A DNA stretch of 64,000 bases from an uncultured bacterium (GTDB lineage: Bacteria; Babelota; Babeliae; Babelales; Babelaceae). Shown in pieces: positions 1 to 10,096 of the stretch. Location of the stretch: assembly GCA_963713855.1 (NCBI GenBank), contig OY970209.1, positions 1 to 64,000 on the forward strand, written 5' to 3'. Each line of letters opens with the position of its first letter. Position 1 is the first letter of the stretch. The notes under the pieces are model-generated. The model worked only from the letters and a program-made list of their open reading frames with translations, ran no database searches and was not told the DNA's origin. Position numbers and translations under genes: made by a program.

Positions 1-701
1 TGGTTGCGGAACATCTCTGTTATGATCTTCAAGTTTTTGTTTGAGCCTCTGCGTCTTTAAATAAAACATGAGCATATTCATGATAAAGCGTAAAAAGGCG
101 AATAGCCCAATCAGGCAAAGAAGGTAAAGCAATCGAATAACGCCCGTCATCATGTGCTGCTGAATAACCACCATCCGGGTCAGAATCAAGGACGGTAAAT
201 AGTTCCTCCTTCAAACCAAGATTCATTTGACTCTCTTCAAGCATTAAAACAGTACTGATGGTTGGCGGATAGAAAGCTCCGACTTCCAAAAGAGCATAAG
301 GATAAGCAGCAAGTTCTACTTCATTAACCCACGTTTTAGATTACCTCCCTCATGCTTTTTGCAAGTTCCTGTCCAAGCATTTCTCTTAAAAAATTATAAG
401 CATAAAGCATCTCAGTTTCATAGACACTTAAAAAGGTACGAGTATACTCTGGCGATTGCGATGAACAGCTTCCTGTTTCAAGGCTACCACCTTTTACTTT
501 CTCATATTCCTCGAGATTGATGTTAAAAAAGCCTGTAAAATAGATAATCTTTTTGGGAAAAGTTCTTATCTCTTCAAGTTCAAGATCAGCTATTTGATCA
601 TCTTTCCATGATGCATAAGGATCTTTGACGTTAGCAACCGTGCTGCAAAGACATGAAGAAAAAATAAGCACCGAAAGGAGTGTTACACTTGTGCATAGCA
701 T
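1..701 (-). pseudogene. Probably frameshifted secreted HExxH (zinc-metallopeptidase-like) protein; joins ORFs 336..701 and 29..289
   Basis: ORF 336..701 begins with a signal-like segment. The frame of 29..289 is open upstream (KHEGGNLKTWVNEVELAAYPYALLEVG) to an A5 run near 356-360, where one extra A would fuse the two ORFs. HEYAH motif in the downstream part. A second A-run near 34-38 could be a second shift. Confidence 0.45.
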
Positions 702-1253
702 TAGTACATCCTAAAAAATTTAAAATAGTCTCAATAACTCTTTAAATAGTATCTACCCCGACAGTTTAGTCAATTAGAGCTCAAGTTAAGCTACAACAGA
801 AATATTGTTAGATAGTATACTAGGTAAGCATTCTTGAAAGACGGTTCTACTTCGTAATTGGAACTAGCTTAGAATAAATTCTCTGTTTGCTAGGGAAGAT
901 AACAAAGAGCAAGGGAAAAGGGAAACATTTTCCAGATACCTAAACTGCTTGAAGAAAATTTCAAGCTTATTGATTTTTTCCGAAGAATTAAACTGCGTTT
1001 TTAACAAATTAATAAGGAAAAAGAGGTGCCTGACTCAAAAAACAAAAAAAGCTTTGAAGCTGCAAGACAGATCACTTAAACAGTCTATTTTAAAGTGGAA
1101 TGATGTTTTTACTTAGAATAGTAAGAAAAGTCGCAGTGAGGCAGTCTCCATTTGTTGCACTACCTCACCTTAAAAAATTGAGAATCACAATGCAGGCACT
1201 TCTTGTTGATCCCTTTGACAGCTCGGAATAGCTACAAAAAGAAAAGGAATTGC

Positions 1254-1685
1254 TCAGCAAAAGATTTCAAATGTGTTATCTAATCGGCTTAACTCTGTGA
1301 CGGGGGTTATATACCATGCCGGTTTATTTAAAAGGTAGCTCAACAAATTTTTATTATATAAATGGGGCACGTGTCCTTTAATATAGATAGGTTGAGTTTG
1401 GTTATACGCGTAGTCTAAAAGACTCATTTTATGCCAATAGCACTCAGGTTCTTCACCCCAGCCAATTCCCTCTGTACATGTAGCATAGCTGATCGTATCG
1501 CGTAATAACTGAGGTAGGATATTACTATTTTTTTCTACTAAATCCTTAAAATCACTAACCTGCACTTCTGAGTGCATATGACCAATGAGGTCGGCTAATA
1601 GTTGGGCTTTAGTATCTTCTTGTGCTCGAGCTTGAAATATTGATAGCGCAAATACCATAACACCGACAATGAGTGACGTTTTCAT
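1254..1685 (-). CDS. Hypothetical secreted protein
   Basis: Signal peptide ending ARA-Q; AGGAG RBS upstream; no recognisable domain. Confidence 0.7.
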   Translation of the reverse strand: MKTSLIVGVMVFALSIFQARAQEDTKAQLLADLIGHMHSEVQVSDFKDLVEKNSNILPQLLRDTISYATCTEGIGWGEEPECYWHKMSLLDYAYNQTQPIYIKGHVPHLYNKNLLSYLLNKPAWYITPVTELSRLDNTFEIFC

Positions 1686-2142
1686 CCGTTCTCCTATAAA
1701 AATAATTGTTAAAATCTTGTTTTTATTCTAAAAATAGCACAAATATGACTATTTTGCAATAGTAAAAAAATTTAATTTCTCTTAACGCAATAGGCTAAAC
1801 ACCGTAATCTTAAAATAAACCCCTGGCAAAACAGTTCATTTGATAACCAAATAGCTAGTGACCCTAAGGTAATTACTCCATAGCTACCCAGCAACGATTT
1901 ATAGTCGTTTTGGAGACATGATTTCTTCAAACACGGGGATACTATAATCGCACTGCTCTTCTTGATGCCAATCCAGAGGAAGTTCAATTATAAATCCAAT
2001 GGCATTAAAAGAACGTGTATTATTTACAAAAAGAAAAATAATGATAAGCTAAATCTATCCCTAAAAAAAGCTACCTTTAAGGAGCATTAATTACTCCTTT
2101 TTTGTATACTGAAGAAAAGCACTTAGAAAAAGGCGAGAGAGC

Positions 2143-4683
2143 GTGGAAACAAAGAAATGGATAACGGTTGTGGGAGCCCGTGAGCACAACCTGAAAAACA
2201 TAACAGTTCAGATTCCAAAGGAGTCATTGACGGTCATTACTGGCCCATCTGGCTCAGGAAAGAGTACTCTTGCTCTTGATGTACTGTATGCGGAGGGTCA
2301 GCGCCGTTATATTGAGTCACTTTCCTCATATGCGCGTCAGTTTTTAGGAATTCCTCCAAAACCTCATGTAGAGCGTATAGAGGGACTATGCCCAGCAATT
2401 GCTATCGACCAGAAGACGGTGGGTGCAAACCCACGTTCTACAGTAGGAACAATAACGGAAATCTATGATTATTTACGAGTTCTTTTTGCTCGCGTTGGTA
2501 TGCTCCATTGCCCCTCATGCCATAAGCCTGTGCATGCCGAATCTCCAGAAACCATCGCCCAAAAGCTCCAGGCCCTCTACACAGGGCATACTATTACAAT
2601 CGGAGCACCCGTCGCCAACGAAAAGAAGGGTGAATTTACCAATCAGCTTGAAAAATTTTTTTTAAACGGGTTTTACCGTTTTCTTATCGACGGAAAAATA
2701 TATAGCTTCAGGTCCTTAAACGCTCTTAAAGAGTTAAGCCTTAAAAAAACGCACAAGCACACTATTGACATCATTATCGATACACTTGAGGTATCGCCTT
2801 CAGAAGCTGCCCGCATGCATGAGGGCGTCGAGGTCGCATTTAACTTGACACAGGGACTTTGTAAAATTATCGCCGGCAATGACCAGCATACATACTCATC
2901 GAAAAGAATGTGCATTGATTGTACACGTTCATTACCTGAGATTGAGCCACGGCTTTTTTCTTTTAATTCACCCCTTGGTGCTTGCAAAAAGTGTCACGGG
3001 CTCGGCATTATATTACTAGCACCATCAATGCCGTGGTATGCAAAACTAGAAGAGCATCGAGAACAGTTTGAAACGCTATGCACCGAGTGTAAAGGACAGC
3101 GTCTAAATCCATTAGCATTGGCAGTAACGGTTGGTGGATTTAATATCCACGAGATAAGCGCATTTTCAATCAAAAAGGCGCTCGAATTTTTCAAAAACCT
3201 AACTCTTGACGCAACACAACAAGCCATTGCAGAAAGACTTCTTAACGAGATCATTAACCGCTACACATTCTTATCTGACGTAGGCCTAGGCTATTTAACA
3301 CTAACTCGAACGGCTAGAACTCTTTCGGGGGGCGAAAGCCAGCGCATAAGGCTTGCTACGCAAATAGGATCAGCCTTAAGCGGTGTACTCTACGTTCTTG
3401 ACGAACCGAGCATCGGTCTTCATCAAAGAGATAATGATCGGCTTATAGGAACGCTTAAAAAACTGCGCGATCAGGGAAATACTGTGCTCGTTGTTGAGCA
3501 CGATTTTGATACCATGACTAACGCAGACTACATTATTGACATGGGACCTGCTGCAGGTGTGCACGGAGGCACCATAGTTGCAACAGGAAATCCAGATGAT
3601 CTTTGCAAAAAAGAACACTCGCTGACAGGAGCATATCTTGCTGGCAGAAAAAATATTATACGAAAACAGCCCACTCGAAAACCTGAGCGTTTTTTGACCA
3701 TCCATGGAGCTAGCACCCATAATCTTAAAAATATCACTACAGCCTTCCCGCTTCAGGTATTTTGTTGTGTTTCGGGTGTTTCAGGATCAGGCAAAAGCAC
3801 CCTTGTTATGGAAGAGCTTGTACCTACTTTAGAATCAGCATTAAAACATAAGCTTCAGTCTAGCTCAAGTGGTCGTATACAGGGCTTTGAGTCCATAGAA
3901 ACGCAGGTAGTTATCGACCAGACACCTATCGGACGAACACCGCGATCTAATCCTGCGACATACCTAGGTATCTTTGATGATATACGTAAACTGTTTTCAG
4001 GACTTCCTGAAAGTAATGCACGGGGCTATAGCCCGGGAAGATTTAGCTTTAACGTTGCTGAAGGACGTTGTGCGCACTGTCAAGGAGAAGGGGTATTAAC
4101 AATATCAATGCATTTTCTACCAGATGTCACCGTCACGTGTAATCATTGCAAGGGCCTAAGGTACAATCCCCAAACACTCGAGATTTTTTACAAAGGCAAG
4201 CACATTGCCCATATACTCGACATGACTGCCGAAGAAGCAGCTATCTTTTTTGAGCACCACCCTTCGCTTTCAAAAAGGCTCAATCTTATGTGCAGCGTCG
4301 GACTCGACTATATCAAACTGGGACAGCCATCAACAACGCTTTCAGGCGGAGAAGCGCAGCGCATAAAACTCGTTAATGAATTAGCAAAGCGTGGAAGCAA
4401 TACACTTTACATTCTCGATGAGCCAACAACAGGCCTTCACGCACAAGACATCGAAAAACTGCTTATTGTGCTTAACAGGCTCGTTGATAAGGGAAACTCG
4501 GTACTTGTCATAGAGCATAACATCGATGTACTCAAAGTTGCCGATTACCTTATTGAGCTCGGGCCAGAAGGCGGGGACGAAGGCGGCCATATCATCGCAC
4601 AAGGCACACCGGAAGATGTTGCAAAGTCGCCCAAAAGCGTCACAGCTCCTTATTTACAAAAAGCACTTAGCGTCACTAAATAG
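2143..4683 (+). CDS. uvrA: Excinuclease ABC subunit A
   Basis: GAREHNLKN, two Walker A motifs (GPSGSGKS, GVSGSGKS), LSGGE signatures, zinc-finger CxxC pairs. Confidence 0.98.
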   Translation: METKKWITVVGAREHNLKNITVQIPKESLTVITGPSGSGKSTLALDVLYAEGQRRYIESLSSYARQFLGIPPKPHVERIEGLCPAIAIDQKTVGANPRSTVGTITEIYDYLRVLFARVGMLHCPSCHKPVHAESPETIAQKLQALYTGHTITIGAPVANEKKGEFTNQLEKFFLNGFYRFLIDGKIYSFRSLNALKELSLKKTHKHTIDIIIDTLEVSPSEAARMHEGVEVAFNLTQGLCKIIAGNDQHTYSSKRMCIDCTRSLPEIEPRLFSFNSPLGACKKCHGLGIILLAPSMPWYAKLEEHREQFETLCTECKGQRLNPLALAVTVGGFNIHEISAFSIKKALEFFKNLTLDATQQAIAERLLNEIINRYTFLSDVGLGYLTLTRTARTLSGGESQRIRLATQIGSALSGVLYVLDEPSIGLHQRDNDRLIGTLKKLRDQGNTVLVVEHDFDTMTNADYIIDMGPAAGVHGGTIVATGNPDDLCKKEHSLTGAYLAGRKNIIRKQPTRKPERFLTIHGASTHNLKNITTAFPLQVFCCVSGVSGSGKSTLVMEELVPTLESALKHKLQSSSSGRIQGFESIETQVVIDQTPIGRTPRSNPATYLGIFDDIRKLFSGLPESNARGYSPGRFSFNVAEGRCAHCQGEGVLTISMHFLPDVTVTCNHCKGLRYNPQTLEIFYKGKHIAHILDMTAEEAAIFFEHHPSLSKRLNLMCSVGLDYIKLGQPSTTLSGGEAQRIKLVNELAKRGSNTLYILDEPTTGLHAQDIEKLLIVLNRLVDKGNSVLVIEHNIDVLKVADYLIELGPEGGDEGGHIIAQGTPEDVAKSPKSVTAPYLQKALSVTK

Positions 4684-4981
4684 TAGGTCAAAAAGAAATA
4701 GGCGCCTACGCGGCGCGCGGCAGGACATTGTCCTGCACCTGTTGCTTGTTTTGCTTCTTACATACTTATAGTGTATGAGATAAACCGGGAAACCCGGTCT
4801 ATCTCATTAGGCACATTTACCAGAAAGGGAACTCCCTTTCTGGTAAAAACCATAAATAAAAGTTTAAGAAATGGGTCAAGGGTCATAAAGCCTGAGTCCA
4901 GGCTTATGAGCCCTTTCATAGAGTCAATACTATGACTCTTATGATGCCGCGTAGGCGTATTCTTCCCTGATTTTTATTTGG
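4676..4981 (+). repeat. Multi-hairpin non-coding repeat element with terminal inverted repeats (MITE/palindromic-element-like), copy 1
   Basis: Perfect 12-bp TIR core CGCCTACGCGGC 4703-4714 / GCCGCGTAGGCG 4946-4957; five internal hairpins; homologous to the reverse complement of ~22307-22651. Confidence 0.9.
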
Positions 4982-5082
4982 CGACAGAAACCTAGCGTGC
5001 GTAAATTAGTAATAATTGCCAATATCGTTATTTGTCGTTAGACTACCAAAAACATATCGCAGCCCTCTAACGTACGGTACTT

Positions 5083-7656
5083 ATGAATGACGAGTCCCAT
5101 TCCTTAACGCCGCTTATGCGGCAGTATCATGAAGTAAAAGGCCGTTTTCCCGATGCACTCGTATTGTTCCAGGTGGGAGATTTTTATGAGCTCTTCCACG
5201 AAGACGCTCATAAAGCCTCAGCATTTTTGGGAATTACGCTCACAAAAAGGAGCAATAGCGGCGATCAAGCAGTGCCTTTGTGCGGTGTTCCGGTGCATGC
5301 TGTAGATCACTATCTGGTAAAACTTGTACGCGGAGGTTTTCGCGTCGTTCTTTGTGACCAGCTTACAAAGCCGCAGCTTGGAAAACTTGTAGAACGCGGA
5401 GTAAAGCAGGTATTAACGCCCGGTACGTTAACCGATTTTAAAATGCTTGAAGAGAAATCTGCCTCCTATATAGCATCGATTTTTCCCATAAGCGATCGGT
5501 ACGGGGTACTCTTTGCAGAACTTTTAGCAGGCCAAATTTTTATAACCGTACTTGAATCGCACGACTCGCGCCTATTGGAGGCCGAGCTTGCACGCTTTTT
5601 GCCTCAAGAAATTCTTCTTCCTTCCACCAAACTAGGAACAGCGCTCAATGCTATCTTACAAAAACTTGGGCATGTTACCACCATGCTTAGTCAAACAGCT
5701 CAATATTCAGCCGACAACGAAGAGCTTACAAGCTGGCTTACGAGCAGTTTTTCAGAAGGAATTGTTACTTTTATAGAGCACTCCCAAGCAGCTAAAGGAG
5801 CTCTTGCCCTTATGCATGGGTACTTTAAAACTAACTGCCCACTCGCAATTGGCCAGTGTAAGCAGATGGTCATGTATAGCCCAGAAGATTTTCTTATACT
5901 CGATACGGCAACACAGCGAAACTTAGAACTTGTCAAAAACATCCACGATGAACAAAGCCAACAAACACTTTTTGGAGTCATGGATCGCGCTACAACGGCG
6001 ATGGGTTCGCGCCAAATAAAAAAATGGCTCCTTCGACCCTTGGTGAAACAAGAACTTATCGAACAACGCTTAGACGCAGTTGAAGCGCTCAATGGTGCTA
6101 TTACTACACGGCATTCTTTACAAGAAGAACTAAAAGGGATAGGTGACCTTGAACGCGTTGTAGGCCGGATAGCATTGTCACGTGCCCTACTGTATGATTA
6201 CTTAGGGCTCATGAGAGCGTTAGTACACCTACCTAAGCTTTCTCAGCTTTTAGAGCCGCTTTTGGGGGTACAAATAGTACAAGCAATTAAAGCTCGACTA
6301 GGTGATTTTACTCAAGTTTCCGAGCTACTTAATAAGTCACTCAATGACGATAGTAGCCTTCCCTGGCTTATAAAGTTGGGGTACAATGCGGAGCTTGACC
6401 GTCTTCGAACACTCCACGAAGAAGGGGCACAGGCTGTACTTGAGCTTGAAAAAAAGGAACAGGAGCGTACGGGAATAGCTTCGCTTAAAATTCGCTTTAG
6501 TAAGCCCCATGGTTATGGCATTGAAATTACAAAAACACACCTTCACTTAGTGCCTAATGACTATATACGTATACAAACACTCGCCCAGCGAGAACGCTTT
6601 ACCTATCAGGCTCTTAAAGACCTTGAATACGATATTCAGCGCGCAAAATCAAGCATTGATGAGGTCGAAGAAGAAGTTTTTAAAAGCATCTGTCAGAGTG
6701 TTTCTCAAGAGATACCAGCTCTTAAAAAAGCCACACAGGGGCTTTCTCATTTAGATGCTATTATAGGGCTTTCAGAGCTTTCTTATGAACGTGCTTATAC
6801 ACGACCTACATTCAATAAGCAGAGAAACATTCTTATACAAGATGGCAGACATCCAGTCGTTGATAGCCAGTTACATGAGGCTTTTATTCCTAATGATACT
6901 GTGTTGACGGACCAAGAGTGCTTATGGGTCATTACTGGGCCAAACATGGGCGGTAAATCGACATTCTTGCGCCAGAACGCCCTTCTTATTATTATGGCTC
7001 AAATGGGCTCCTTCGTTCCTGCAAAATCAGCCTGCTTACCGCTTGTCGATCGCATTTTTACCCGCATAGGAGCCGCCGATAATGTTGCAGCGGGTGAAAG
7101 TACCTTTTTTGTCGAGATGAAGGAAACTGCACTCATTTGTACAAAAGCAACGTCCCAGAGCCTCGTCATACTCGATGAAGTGGGAAGAGGCACAAGCACC
7201 TACGATGGTCTTGCACTTGCACAAGCAATCGTTGAATACCTTTACACACACGTACAAGCAAGGTGCTTGTTTGCAACACATTACCATGAGCTTACAAGCT
7301 TAGTCGAAACACATCCGGGCATAGCAACGTACTATGCAGCAAGCAAAGAAACAAAAGAGGGTGTCCTTCTTCTGCATAAAATATTAAAGGGTAAAGCAGA
7401 TGGCAGTTTTGGATTAGAGGTTGCAAAGCGAGCTGGTGTTCCTACGACGATTTTAGAAAGAGCACAGGAAATACTTGTACACCTAAAACAAGAAGCTAAT
7501 GAAAAAGAGCTAAATGTACAACCAGCAATCTCTTTATCACAGCCACAAGAAAAAATGAAAGAGGAGCTTTCTGCACTCAATATGGACACGCTTAGCCCTC
7601 GAGCAGCGTGGGACTTTCTCTGCCACCTAAAAAATGAGTATGACTTCAAGCAATAA
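5083..7656 (+). CDS. mutS: DNA mismatch repair protein MutS
   Basis: TPLMRQY, FQVGDFYELF, TGPNMGGKSTFLRQ, DEVGRGTST, FATHYHELT. Confidence 0.98.
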   Translation: MNDESHSLTPLMRQYHEVKGRFPDALVLFQVGDFYELFHEDAHKASAFLGITLTKRSNSGDQAVPLCGVPVHAVDHYLVKLVRGGFRVVLCDQLTKPQLGKLVERGVKQVLTPGTLTDFKMLEEKSASYIASIFPISDRYGVLFAELLAGQIFITVLESHDSRLLEAELARFLPQEILLPSTKLGTALNAILQKLGHVTTMLSQTAQYSADNEELTSWLTSSFSEGIVTFIEHSQAAKGALALMHGYFKTNCPLAIGQCKQMVMYSPEDFLILDTATQRNLELVKNIHDEQSQQTLFGVMDRATTAMGSRQIKKWLLRPLVKQELIEQRLDAVEALNGAITTRHSLQEELKGIGDLERVVGRIALSRALLYDYLGLMRALVHLPKLSQLLEPLLGVQIVQAIKARLGDFTQVSELLNKSLNDDSSLPWLIKLGYNAELDRLRTLHEEGAQAVLELEKKEQERTGIASLKIRFSKPHGYGIEITKTHLHLVPNDYIRIQTLAQRERFTYQALKDLEYDIQRAKSSIDEVEEEVFKSICQSVSQEIPALKKATQGLSHLDAIIGLSELSYERAYTRPTFNKQRNILIQDGRHPVVDSQLHEAFIPNDTVLTDQECLWVITGPNMGGKSTFLRQNALLIIMAQMGSFVPAKSACLPLVDRIFTRIGAADNVAAGESTFFVEMKETALICTKATSQSLVILDEVGRGTSTYDGLALAQAIVEYLYTHVQARCLFATHYHELTSLVETHPGIATYYAASKETKEGVLLLHKILKGKADGSFGLEVAKRAGVPTTILERAQEILVHLKQEANEKELNVQPAISLSQPQEKMKEELSALNMDTLSPRAAWDFLCHLKNEYDFKQ

Positions 7657-7723
7657 CCCCTGATTGACCAGCAAAAAGGGATGCTGTAGACTGCTCAAAT
7701 ACTCTAAAGTAAGTGGATCATCT

Positions 7724-8332
7724 ATGTTATATAACTATTTCGCGCTAACAGTCAGCTTTTGCAGTTTTTTATATTGTTCATTTACACGCTGCATGGAGGA
7801 TCTGTTTTTCTTAAGCCTATCTACCACTCAAGAAATACTTACTCGCCATAGTGACATTAATAGGACAACGGAAGACCTATCTTCAGTCTTTCAAGCTATT
7901 TTAGCTGAGCAAGAACAAGCGGAAGGGTTTTCAACTTTCGTTCGAATGATCAAAGTGTACTTTCAAACTGAAGACTGGAAAGACATAATACCGTTTCTCA
8001 AACTAGCATCTTCAAGAAACATGTCGTCGCCGAATATAGTCGGGCCTAGTATAGACTTAAACGACTTTTTAGCGGTTAATAAGCCATACTTTTATAGCTA
8101 TGACAATGAGGGTAACCCTTTTATAGCTTTCGCTCTGAATCAAAATGGCAAAGTCATCAAAAAAACGCTTTTTTTTAGCAAAACAGCTAAAAGTATTTCT
8201 CAAGTAGATGCAAATCAGTTTTTAGCGATCGCTTGCCTATTTTATCAAGGCTCATGTTTTATTCGCTATAACGGCAGCGTTGTTGAATGGACGTTAGCAA
8301 AAATAAACGATATTAACAGCTTTACAAACTAG
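7724..8332 (+). CDS. Hypothetical secreted protein
   Basis: ATG at 7724 gives a signal-like N-terminus followed by C-M-E-D; no known domain recognised. Confidence 0.6.
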   Translation: MLYNYFALTVSFCSFLYCSFTRCMEDLFFLSLSTTQEILTRHSDINRTTEDLSSVFQAILAEQEQAEGFSTFVRMIKVYFQTEDWKDIIPFLKLASSRNMSSPNIVGPSIDLNDFLAVNKPYFYSYDNEGNPFIAFALNQNGKVIKKTLFFSKTAKSISQVDANQFLAIACLFYQGSCFIRYNGSVVEWTLAKINDINSFTN

Positions 8333-8335
8333 CTC

Positions 8336-9775
8336 TCATAGTTGTGGATAGCGCTTATAAAAACCGGTTACTTGCTCATAAGCAAAACCTGTTTGATATA
8401 AAAGTCCCTCAGAAAGATCAGGCCCAAACAATTGAAGTCCAACAGGAAGACCCTCTTTTGTAAATCCGCAAGGTACTGAAAGCGCCGGAATACCGACTAA
8501 GTTTGCGGGAGCTGTAAAATAGTCTTGTAAATCAAGCTCCAAACCGGTTACCTGGCCAAACTTGAACGCAGGAGTCGGGCTTACTGGTGAAAACAGAAGA
8601 TCAACATCTTTAAAAGCTTCCAAAAATTGTGCTCGCAGCATCGATTGTACCTTTTTAGCGCTTTGGTAGTACTGTTCAGCATGACCAGCTGATAATACAT
8701 AGTTACCAATTAAGATACGCTCCTTGACAACTTTACCAAAACCTTGAGCACGAGTACGAGCATACATCTCTTGAAGATTCGAGACATTTTTTGCCCGCAC
8801 ACCATAACGTACACCATCAAAACGTGCAAGGTTTGAAGCAGCTTCTGCCCGACTAACCATAAAATAGATAGCTGCACCGTAATCCATTAAAGGAAGTTTC
8901 ACACGCTTAATTTTTGCACCCAAACGCTCGTATTCTAGTAGTGCGTTTTCAAGAAGCTGTTTAACCTCAGAATCAATGCCTTCTTTATTGTATGCGTTCT
9001 CTATAATGCCGATCGTTAAGCCCTGCTTTAAAGAACCAGTTAAGTTTTTTGTATAATCCTCGACCGCTTCTTTGCGGGTCGTACCATCTTTGGCATCAAA
9101 GCCTGCTATACAAGAAAGTACCAAAGCATTATCGTAAATGGTGCGCGTTAGCGTGCCGATTTGATCTATGGACGAGGCATAAGCAACTAAACCAAAGCGA
9201 GATACGCGACCATAAGTAGGCTTCATACCCACTATACCGCATAGAGCTGCAGGCTGCCGTACTGAGCCTCCCGTTTCAGAACCAAGCGCCCATGGTACAA
9301 GCCCAGCTGCAACGGCTGCTGCAGATCCGCTGCTTGAGCCACCAGGTACCCGTTTTATGTCCCAAGGATTTGCTGTTGGGCCATAGGCTGATGTTTCTCC
9401 CGAACTACCCATAGCAAATTCATCACAGTTTGCTCGACCGATGGAAAGAGCTCCAACTTTTTTTAATCTTTCGACAGCTGTTGCATCATATGAAGCACAA
9501 TAGTTTGCTAAAATCTTAGAAGCACAGGACGTGATGCGCCCACGTTGGCATATGGTATCTTTTATAAGCCCGGGTATACCTGAAAGCGCATGCTCTTTAT
9601 TATGGGCATCCTTTAAAATCGATGCCTGGTCAAAAATCTCGAGTGCAGCGTTTAACTCCGGGTCAATAGAAGAAAACCGCTCCTTGAAGTAAGAAAGAAG
9701 CTCTAAAACACTTATTTCTTTACGAATAATCTTCTTACGAAGCTCGCCGATTGTGGCAAATGCTAATTCATTCAT
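8336..9775 (-). CDS. gatA: Asp/Glu-tRNA amidotransferase subunit A
   Basis: Amidase signature GGSSSGSAAAVAAG, GSETGGSVRQPA, SNLARFDGVRYG; start set at MNELAF so it does not overlap gatC. Confidence 0.97.
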   Translation of the reverse strand: MNELAFATIGELRKKIIRKEISVLELLSYFKERFSSIDPELNAALEIFDQASILKDAHNKEHALSGIPGLIKDTICQRGRITSCASKILANYCASYDATAVERLKKVGALSIGRANCDEFAMGSSGETSAYGPTANPWDIKRVPGGSSSGSAAAVAAGLVPWALGSETGGSVRQPAALCGIVGMKPTYGRVSRFGLVAYASSIDQIGTLTRTIYDNALVLSCIAGFDAKDGTTRKEAVEDYTKNLTGSLKQGLTIGIIENAYNKEGIDSEVKQLLENALLEYERLGAKIKRVKLPLMDYGAAIYFMVSRAEAASNLARFDGVRYGVRAKNVSNLQEMYARTRAQGFGKVVKERILIGNYVLSAGHAEQYYQSAKKVQSMLRAQFLEAFKDVDLLFSPVSPTPAFKFGQVTGLELDLQDYFTAPANLVGIPALSVPCGFTKEGLPVGLQLFGPDLSEGLLYQTGFAYEQVTGFYKRYPQL

Positions 9776-9785
9776 ACTAATTTCT

Positions 9786-10082
9786 CTACGAGTCTTGGTG
9801 CTTAATAATAACGGGAACAACGAAGAAATTTCCCTCATGCTCAGGAGCACTTTTAAGTAAACATTCGGTATCAAAAGCTTCTGCTTCATCCTCACGCGTT
9901 CTGTTCACCGTGTGTAACAGGTCAACAGTTTCCCCATTATTTTGAGCAAGTTCTTTTAGCGATGAAGCGTATTGCAAAACATCTTGCAAGTGCTTAGTCA
10001 AGCTATCAAGCTCGTCTTCGCTAAACGAGATAGCAGAAATGCGCGCTAACTTGCGCACATCATCTTTTGTAATAAGTGTCAT
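9786..10082 (-). CDS. gatC: Asp/Glu-tRNA amidotransferase subunit C
   Basis: ITKDDVRKLARIS...REDE...APEHEGNFFVVP; directly upstream of gatA. Confidence 0.93.
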   Translation of the reverse strand: MTLITKDDVRKLARISAISFSEDELDSLTKHLQDVLQYASSLKELAQNNGETVDLLHTVNRTREDEAEAFDTECLLKSAPEHEGNFFVVPVIIKHQDS

Positions 10083-10096
10083 ACTATTCCTCGAGT

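Noticed and set aside
1449..1464. CCCCAGCCA resembling the tRNA-Gln 3' end (possible att site)
   Set aside because: Only a 9-bp exact match, inside a CDS, with no integrase nearby.
1772..1987. 71-aa minus-strand ORF upstream of uvrA
   Set aside because: No RBS or recognisable motif; probably spurious.
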